This document shows positions 46,008-52,124 of a DNA stretch of 52,124 nt, piece by piece. The DNA lies in the IMG/VR virus record IMGVR_UViG_3300036791_000069, positions 1 through 52,124 of that record; one strand, written 5' to 3'. Made by a program: the position numbers and the translations under genes. The notes under the pieces were generated by a model, which saw nothing but the letters and a program-made list of their open reading frames with translations, was not told the origin of the DNA and did no database searches. How positions within the stretch are numbered: position 1 is the stretch's first letter; the number at the start of each line of letters is the position of its first letter. Origin of the DNA: a virus (lineage: Duplodnaviria > Caudoviricetes).

Positions 46008-46840
46008 TGGAGTTTGAGCGTCCATTGCGGCTTGAGGTTGCGTACGAAAACGCAATCGATAGACTGTTGATGCAGTTCTTTAAGTTGCCTAAATTTGAAA
46101 CGTGGAACGATGTAATCAATTTGCTCAAGCAATATTCGATGAGTGTCCGAGCATTGTCCGGATTCGCAACTCAATTGGCGGCACGGATGGTAACTGGTGT
46201 ATCCATTCAGAATGCCAATTCGTGGCGGGAAGCGGCAAGAAAGTCAACCAAAGGCTTGACGATCTATCGAATGTTGCGTGAGGAAATGCAGCATCCACGA
46301 ATGCGCGACAGGATGTATTTCTTAATTCAATCCAACGCGCAATTGATATCGACGGTTCCGCAAGTGGTTGCAGAACGGGCGGTACATCATGTGCAGCAAG
46401 AACAGATGAAGGGTAGACGCGCAGAAGACATATTGCATGACCTCCGTCCGTACATGCGTAACCTTAAGGACTGGCAGGTACAACGTATTGCACGGACGGA
46501 GGTCGCCAAGGCAGATACCGCAATTACGCGTACACGCGCCGAAGACATGGATTTGAATTGGTACGTGTGGGAAACGAGTAGAGACGCTAGAGTTAGAGAT
46601 TCGCACAAACGAATGCAGGGAACATTGGTGAACTGGAATGATGCGCCGTCTCCTGAAGCTTTGGTTGGAGAAAAGTCTGTTGGTCATTATCACGCTGGCA
46701 ACATTTATAACTGCCGTTGTGTTGCTTTGCCTGTAGTGGATGTTAGCGATGTACAATGGCCGTCTAAGGTTTACAGCAACGGCAGAATTACGGTCATGTC
46801 TCTTAAGCAATTCAAACACAATGCGGCAATTGCTGCATAG
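46007..46840 (+). CDS. Head morphogenesis protein (Mu gpF / SPP1 gp7-like)
   Basis: 'IARTE', 'W.TSRD.RVR.SH', 'NCRC'. Confidence 0.88.
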   Translation: MEFERPLRLEVAYENAIDRLLMQFFKLPKFETWNDVINLLKQYSMSVRALSGFATQLAARMVTGVSIQNANSWREAARKSTKGLTIYRMLREEMQHPRMRDRMYFLIQSNAQLISTVPQVVAERAVHHVQQEQMKGRRAEDILHDLRPYMRNLKDWQVQRIARTEVAKADTAITRTRAEDMDLNWYVWETSRDARVRDSHKRMQGTLVNWNDAPSPEALVGEKSVGHYHAGNIYNCRCVALPVVDVSDVQWPSKVYSNGRITVMSLKQFKHNAAIAA

Positions 46841-46849
46841 GGAGTTGAT

Positions 46850-47032
46850 ATGCCACTTACACAGAAGGGTGAAGAAATCGAGCAGAAGATGAAAGAACAG
46901 TATGGACCGGAGAAAGGCGAACAAGTCTTTTACGCGTCACGTAATGCGGGAACTATTTCTGGTGTCGATAACGCTACTTGTCCGTATTACGATCCTTATC
47001 AGTTGCCTGTGGGTAGCAATAGAACTGAGTAA
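46850..47032 (+). CDS. Small conserved phage protein
   Basis: GGAG RBS; 'MPLT.KG..I...M..QYG.EKGE.VFYAS.N.G'. Confidence 0.6.
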   Translation: MPLTQKGEEIEQKMKEQYGPEKGEQVFYASRNAGTISGVDNATCPYYDPYQLPVGSNRTE

Positions 47033-47035
47033 ATT

Positions 47036-47245
47036 GTGCCATTAGTACCTTACCAACGTCGCGTGGTAGACGAACTTAATGAACTGCGTCTTAAACTTGA
47101 AAAGCTTAATCAATTCGTTGAAACCAAAACATTCGACAATCTTCCGTTCGATGAACAAAAACGTCTTCTGAAGCAGTCATCTTTAATGTCTAAGTATGTG
47201 GACGTACTTCAAGACCGAATTGTTCATTTTGAGTTAGAGGATTAA
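47036..47245 (+). CDS. Two-helix protein, crAss001_48-like
   Basis: 'YQ.RV..E..EL..K.EKL..F.....F..L......L..Q...M..Y..VL..RI'. Confidence 0.65.
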   Translation: MPLVPYQRRVVDELNELRLKLEKLNQFVETKTFDNLPFDEQKRLLKQSSLMSKYVDVLQDRIVHFELED

Positions 47246-47250
47246 AAGTC

Positions 47251-48615
47251 ATGCCACTAGCCTATTACGGTGTCACACTCCCGGATAAACAGAACTGGGT
47301 GGAAACACCCGAAGGCTATCTTATTTTCAAAAACGCTGTTGTTGGGCGTACTGGATTTCAGACCTATAAGGGATACGAGTTAGATGCTGATGAACTGATG
47401 GAGCAAGGAATCACAGTTAAAGATGACGATGACGTGCAGTTGTACCGTAGTCCTGATGAAGTGTTCTCACCAGCAACCATCGCTAGCTTTGTAGGCAAGT
47501 CGGTAACAGACGGGCATCCTTCGGAATTACTCTCGCTCGAAAATGTCAAGGACCATGAAGAGGGACAGGTTGTCAATGTGCGCCGGGGCGCGGAAGCACT
47601 TGAATCTGGTGACTTTCCGCTAGTTGCGGACCTTATAGTCAAGTCGCATAACCTGATTGACAAAATTAAAGCTGGACTCCGCGAACTAAGTTGCGGCTAC
47701 AATTACCACGTCCTGAAAGATGGGGATGTGATTAAGCAAGTTGACATAATCGGTAATCATATTGCGGTAGTAGAAAACGCCAGAGCAGGACGCGAAGCAG
47801 TAATAGTTGATTCGACACCGGTAACTTCAACTGAGAGGTTCAATATAATGAGTTGGCTAGATACAGTGTTTGCCACCAATCGCAAAGCCAAGCTTGCTTC
47901 GTGGGCAAAAGACGCGAAACCTGAAGATGTTGTTGAAGCTATCGAAGCGCTTGGAAAGCAGCTTGACGAACGCGGCGAAGTTACAACTAAGGTTGTTAAA
48001 TCGGAGAAGAAAGCGGTTGCAACAGACGCTACGGATGCGGCTGATCGCAAGCGGTTCCACGATGCGCTAGATCGTTTCTTTGATGCGTCGGAAGAGGAAG
48101 AGGCGGCAAAAGACGCCGATGTGCAAGCGTTAGCGGATATGTTCAAGTCGAAAGGCAAGGACACTGCCACTGACGAAGAGGAACCGGAGAAGAAAGACAA
48201 GCCTGAAGAGGGTGAGGACGAAGCCGAAGACGGAGAGGAAAAAGAGGGTGAGGATGACGCTGGGGCGTTAACTATTGAACCTTCTGATCGTCCGAAGTCA
48301 GCCGGTCCCGGAACGGATTCCGTAATTGCCGCACGGAAAGAGGGTGCGAGAGAAGTTCTCAAGTTGTTGAAACCTCTCATTGCCAAGAGCGGTAACACGA
48401 AATTGATTGCTGCGTATGACACGGCAGCGAGAGCGGTTCAAGGCAAGTCCAAGAGCAGTTCTGCCGGTGGTTATAGCGCAGTTGCCGAAGCGTCCAGTAG
48501 ACGCGGCAAAGATGCAATGGATTCGATTGAAGAGTCCAACAGCAGCAAAAGGAAAACTGACGAAATCAAAGCGTTGGAGAAGTTGTATTCCGACAGGTTT
48601 ACTGCGCGGCGATAA
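47251..48615 (+). CDS. Prohead protease / scaffold (DUF2213-like)
   Basis: 'TPEGYL', 'RTG.Q.Y', 'VTDGHP', 'ELSCGY', 'NHIAVV..ARAG'; acidic scaffold tail. Confidence 0.88.
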   Translation: MPLAYYGVTLPDKQNWVETPEGYLIFKNAVVGRTGFQTYKGYELDADELMEQGITVKDDDDVQLYRSPDEVFSPATIASFVGKSVTDGHPSELLSLENVKDHEEGQVVNVRRGAEALESGDFPLVADLIVKSHNLIDKIKAGLRELSCGYNYHVLKDGDVIKQVDIIGNHIAVVENARAGREAVIVDSTPVTSTERFNIMSWLDTVFATNRKAKLASWAKDAKPEDVVEAIEALGKQLDERGEVTTKVVKSEKKAVATDATDAADRKRFHDALDRFFDASEEEEAAKDADVQALADMFKSKGKDTATDEEEPEKKDKPEEGEDEAEDGEEKEGEDDAGALTIEPSDRPKSAGPGTDSVIAARKEGAREVLKLLKPLIAKSGNTKLIAAYDTAARAVQGKSKSSSAGGYSAVAEASSRRGKDAMDSIEESNSSKRKTDEIKALEKLYSDRFTARR

Positions 48616-48672
48616 CGTTGCGCCAAGAACTACCTAGATTCAATTAAACGTTCGATTAGAGAGGTTTAGATT

Positions 48673-49245
48673 ATGGGCAGCTTCGGCGGAGTTATTCCTG
48701 TAACAGCTTTGAATCTCGGCTTTCTTGGCAACGTGTCGCGCATCGGGGAACGCGTTATTGCCGCACGTCAAGTATTGTCTACAACTCCAAACCCAATTAG
48801 CTTTGGTCAAGCTTGCGTGATCATTCCTGATGCAACAGGCGGAACATGGCAAAGCATTTCCGATTTTATCGCGGGTGCAGGTACTTTCACTGCTCCAAGA
48901 TTTGCCGGAATTGCTGTGCGCAACGTCAAGACTTATTTAACATACGTTGGGTTGGGTAGTGTGCAGACGCCGCAGATTGGCAATTATGGGCCGGGACAGA
49001 TTGCTGAAGTTTTGGAACGTGGTTCGATTACTGTCAAGATCAACAACGGTACTCCTGCCTCTCAGGGTCCGGTGTATGTAAGAACCGTTGCCAATGCCGG
49101 TATTCCTGCCGGTGTGGTTGGTGGTCTTGAAGCGGTTGCAGACGGTACTAATACTGTGGTTGTTCCCGGTGTGGTGTTTAGGACTGGTGTGTTGGACGCA
49201 AACGGTGTTGCAGAAGTTACGATTCTGAGTCGTACCGCTGCCTGA
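48673..49245 (+). CDS. Head decoration / cement protein
   Basis: Between protease and capsid; 'RGSITV', 'PVYVR'. Confidence 0.7.
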   Translation: MGSFGGVIPVTALNLGFLGNVSRIGERVIAARQVLSTTPNPISFGQACVIIPDATGGTWQSISDFIAGAGTFTAPRFAGIAVRNVKTYLTYVGLGSVQTPQIGNYGPGQIAEVLERGSITVKINNGTPASQGPVYVRTVANAGIPAGVVGGLEAVADGTNTVVVPGVVFRTGVLDANGVAEVTILSRTAA

Positions 49246-49306
49246 TGAGTTAGCAGCGTTTGAAAGCTACAGCTTATATAGATTTGGCCGAAAGGAAACT
49301 TAGATT

Positions 49307-50317
49307 ATGTATCGGAAAAGTCCCTCTCCGTATGCTTTCGATGCTGCTACTTCATCTTCGTTGGCGTTTCTAAACGCTGAACTTGAACTTGCCTCAACAC
49401 AATTGGTTAAACCGCTGTCGTCCATGACACATCCCCGCGATATTACGGTACAGTTTGGCGGGGGAATGCCGGAATATCTGACGGCTTATGCGTCTGATTA
49501 CGGGACCACTGGCGGCAATCAGTACGGTCTACAAGGTACCAACGCTACAGATGTGCCGATGGTTCAAGTTAACGTCTACAAAGGCATCTGGAATACTTGG
49601 GTTTGGCAAGTTGGTTTTGTCATCACGGCAATTGATTTGAAGAAACTCGAAACGGCGAATCGCAGTGGTCAACCTGCCCCGTTCTCTCTGCAATCGATGC
49701 TGGAAGATGGTGTTACGCTGGTGTGGAACAAGGCAATGGAAGTGGTTGTCTACGTCGGATGGTTAGGACAACCGGGACTTGTGAATAATCCCGCAGTTGC
49801 TAGTTCTCTTGCTCCCAATACCGGTACTGGTAGTTCTCGTTTGTGGTCAACGAAGACACCAGCACTAATTCAAGCCGATATCAATCTTGGGTTGGCACAG
49901 GCGGTGACACAATCCGTGTATGCCAACGATGCGTATCCGGATACATTGTTAGTTGATTACAACGCGTACAATACTCTATTTCAACCAATGGTGTTGGGCG
50001 CGGTTGGTGGTTTTGAATCGGTGGGAAGATATCTTGAAGCGAACAACATTGCAAAGGCGAGTGGCGTTGATTTTAAGATCAAGCCGATTGCCAATCCTTG
50101 GGTATCAACTGCTGGTGCTGGTGGCACATCAAGAGCGGTGTTCTATCGCAATGATCCAAACAACGTGTCGATTCGTGCTCCCCAACCACCTCAGAAAGTG
50201 TTCACTGTTCCATCGGTTAAAGACGGCGGCAGCTACGAAACTCTTTTCAACGGTTGCATTGGGCAAGTGCAGTTCAAGCGTAATCAGTCGTTCTACTACC
50301 TTGATGGCATTGCTTAG
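49307..50317 (+). CDS. Major capsid protein (DUF2184-like)
   Basis: 336 aa; 'AFL..ELE', 'YVG....PGLVNNP', 'PDTLL', 'Y.DGI'. Confidence 0.88.
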   Translation: MYRKSPSPYAFDAATSSSLAFLNAELELASTQLVKPLSSMTHPRDITVQFGGGMPEYLTAYASDYGTTGGNQYGLQGTNATDVPMVQVNVYKGIWNTWVWQVGFVITAIDLKKLETANRSGQPAPFSLQSMLEDGVTLVWNKAMEVVVYVGWLGQPGLVNNPAVASSLAPNTGTGSSRLWSTKTPALIQADINLGLAQAVTQSVYANDAYPDTLLVDYNAYNTLFQPMVLGAVGGFESVGRYLEANNIAKASGVDFKIKPIANPWVSTAGAGGTSRAVFYRNDPNNVSIRAPQPPQKVFTVPSVKDGGSYETLFNGCIGQVQFKRNQSFYYLDGIA

Positions 50318-50349
50318 GGAGCAGTTCTAATTAAGGGAGTGTGAGATTG

Positions 50350-50376
50350 AAGGGACTAGCAATAGTCCCTTTTTTC
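50350..50376 (+). terminator. Terminator after the capsid gene
   Basis: AAGGGACTA GCAA TAGTCCCTT followed by TTTT. Confidence 0.7.
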
Positions 50377-50393
50377 GCCAGATAGGAGTATAT

Positions 50394-50720
50394 ATGTGGG
50401 TTATTTCCGCAAGAACGTTGCATTTTCGTCGGGGAACTGTTGAAGAACACCCCGTTACGCACGAAAAATATTTTGTGCAGACAGAAGAATTCATGCTGGT
50501 TCCAGACTTTCAACATCCCCAAAACGCTGTTTGGGCACCAGATTGGATCAGGGATGAAGACTTGTTCAAGCTGGTGAAGAAAGAGAATAAGAAAGGTGCA
50601 ATGATCTTGCAGGAAACTTCCGAAGGACCACCGGAAGAGGATGAAGAGGAACCAGCGCAAGAAAAGCACAAAGCAGCGGAACCAAAAACAGGTTTGAGAA
50701 ATCCTGTCTGGAAAAAATAG
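50394..50720 (+). CDS. Hypothetical virion-module protein
   Basis: AGGAG RBS; 'APDWI..D.LF'. Confidence 0.55.
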   Translation: MWVISARTLHFRRGTVEEHPVTHEKYFVQTEEFMLVPDFQHPQNAVWAPDWIRDEDLFKLVKKENKKGAMILQETSEGPPEEDEEEPAQEKHKAAEPKTGLRNPVWKK

Positions 50721-51449
50721 ATGGCGTATCCGGATTACGATCAAGCGTTACAGAACATTTGGGGATGGGGCGACGAAGACATTGGAATGCTGCCGATGCT
50801 GGCTACAGCGTCCAACATCCTTATCGGCACCAATCCGCCATATTCCGCAACGGATTTTTTCCAGTGGTTCTCCAGCTTCGGAGGAACCCCGGAATATCCC
50901 CTTGGGACGCTCGACGGCAGTTCAAACATGGTTACAGCCGTTTCGGACTTCACAAACCTTGCTGTGGGGCAAGCTGTGGCCGGAATGGGCATTCCGAGCG
51001 GTACGCTGATTGCTGCTTTGGACTCAACAGCCCAAACTATCCAGCTTTCCAATCCGGTGACGTACGCCGGGATCGTGACGTTGACTGTTTACGTTGCTCC
51101 GCTGGTTCCGCTGGCGGTTCTTAATTCATTTATCTATTTGGCAACCAGTTCGATCTTGCAGGTTCGCTATCAGGAAATGTGGTCGTTTGCGATGGCGTTG
51201 TACATCGCGCACTACTTGACGATGTGGCTCAACAGTCAAGGGACGGGTCCAACAGCGACAACCGGGCAGCTTGCGTCACAGGGTTTGGCAATGGGAATTG
51301 CCATTTCAAAACACGTTGGAGATGTGTCGCTAGCATCGCAACCGTTGCGGATGCCGGAACAGTTTGGATCGTGGCAACTGACAACATACGGTCAACAACT
51401 GGCGACTATCGGCATGGCTGTTGGTTCTGGTGCGGTTTGGTTATGGTAA
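50721..51449 (+). CDS. Head-tail adaptor (DUF4054-like) with an inserted beta domain
   Basis: 'LYIAHYL', 'SK.VGDVS', 'W.LTTYGQQ'. Confidence 0.8.
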   Translation: MAYPDYDQALQNIWGWGDEDIGMLPMLATASNILIGTNPPYSATDFFQWFSSFGGTPEYPLGTLDGSSNMVTAVSDFTNLAVGQAVAGMGIPSGTLIAALDSTAQTIQLSNPVTYAGIVTLTVYVAPLVPLAVLNSFIYLATSSILQVRYQEMWSFAMALYIAHYLTMWLNSQGTGPTATTGQLASQGLAMGIAISKHVGDVSLASQPLRMPEQFGSWQLTTYGQQLATIGMAVGSGAVWLW

Positions 51450-52057
51450 AGGCGACAATCGTAACATCACAATCCGGAGATATCGACGCCTTTAACGCTA
51501 CTGTAGGCACATTGCAGAATACCGCTGTCTACGTGGGGATTCCGGAAGCTGGAACCGGGCGCAAACGGGATACGATTGGACCACACCAGAAGGCGTATGT
51601 GACTAACGCCGGGTTGCTCTATATCCACACTAACGGTTCTCAATTACGCCACATTCCGGCGCGTCCTGTCATCGAACCGGCTATTGAAGCAAATAGATTA
51701 AGAATTGAATCTCTCTTGCATCAAGCAGCGACGTTAGCGTTGGACGGCAAAAAGCGAGAAGCAAATCACAAGGTCAAGATGTGTGGTCAATTCGCTTCCA
51801 ACGCTGCTAAAGCGTGGTTCACTGATCCACGAAACGGTTGGGCGCAAAACGCACCAGATACGATCCGGCGCAAGCTGTCGAAGTTGAAGCGCAAGGGCGT
51901 GAAGGCAAACAAGAAATGGTTGAATGCCAGAACGCTTGTGAACCTTGTTCCGCAGTACATGCCTCTATACGGCACGACTGCATTAGATTCAATTAACACT
52001 CCGCTTATCGATACGGCGCAACTTAGACGGGCAATCACGTACGTGACGAAGTTCTAA
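51443..52057 (+). CDS. Neck / tail-completion morphogenesis protein
   Basis: ATG at 51443; 'VYVGIP', 'IPARP', 'NAP.TI', 'PLIDTAQLRRAITY'. Confidence 0.78.
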   Translation: MVKATIVTSQSGDIDAFNATVGTLQNTAVYVGIPEAGTGRKRDTIGPHQKAYVTNAGLLYIHTNGSQLRHIPARPVIEPAIEANRLRIESLLHQAATLALDGKKREANHKVKMCGQFASNAAKAWFTDPRNGWAQNAPDTIRRKLSKLKRKGVKANKKWLNARTLVNLVPQYMPLYGTTALDSINTPLIDTAQLRRAITYVTKF

Positions 52058-52124
52058 AATGCCATTCTCTATTGCATCTGTTGTTGATGATCCGGCTTTT
52101 GCGCAGTCGTTCGCTATCACTCGC
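51998..52124. repeat. Terminal direct repeat, copy 2
   Basis: Identical to 1-127. Confidence 0.97.

Overview
This is a complete, circularly assembled myovirus genome of about 52.0 kb. Bases 1-127 are identical to 51998-52124, an assembler overlap that leaves about 51,997 unique bases. The plus strand carries a contractile-tail morphogenesis module (terminase, portal, protease, capsid, neck, sheath, tube, tape measure with transglycosylase, baseplate, fibre). A leftward replication operon holds a PolB, a clamp-like protein, an SF2 helicase, an SSB-like protein and a Sak4-like ATPase, divergent from a primase-polymerase. There is also a leftward DUF932 early operon and a tyrosine integrase with an immunity gene. 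The standout is 21189-22859 (minus strand). A stand-alone RAMP/Cas7-like gene is directly preceded by five non-coding arrays of 9-13 pentamers that read (NN-GGY)n, with a constant triplet and a variable dinucleotide, separated by AT-rich linkers. A translationally coupled partner gene follows. This looks like a CRISPR-independent RNA-guided system whose targeting information is spread over non-contiguous dinucleotides. From memory it matches the recently reported VIPR-type architecture, which needs verifying. All family assignments come from motif recognition by eye; no database was searched.
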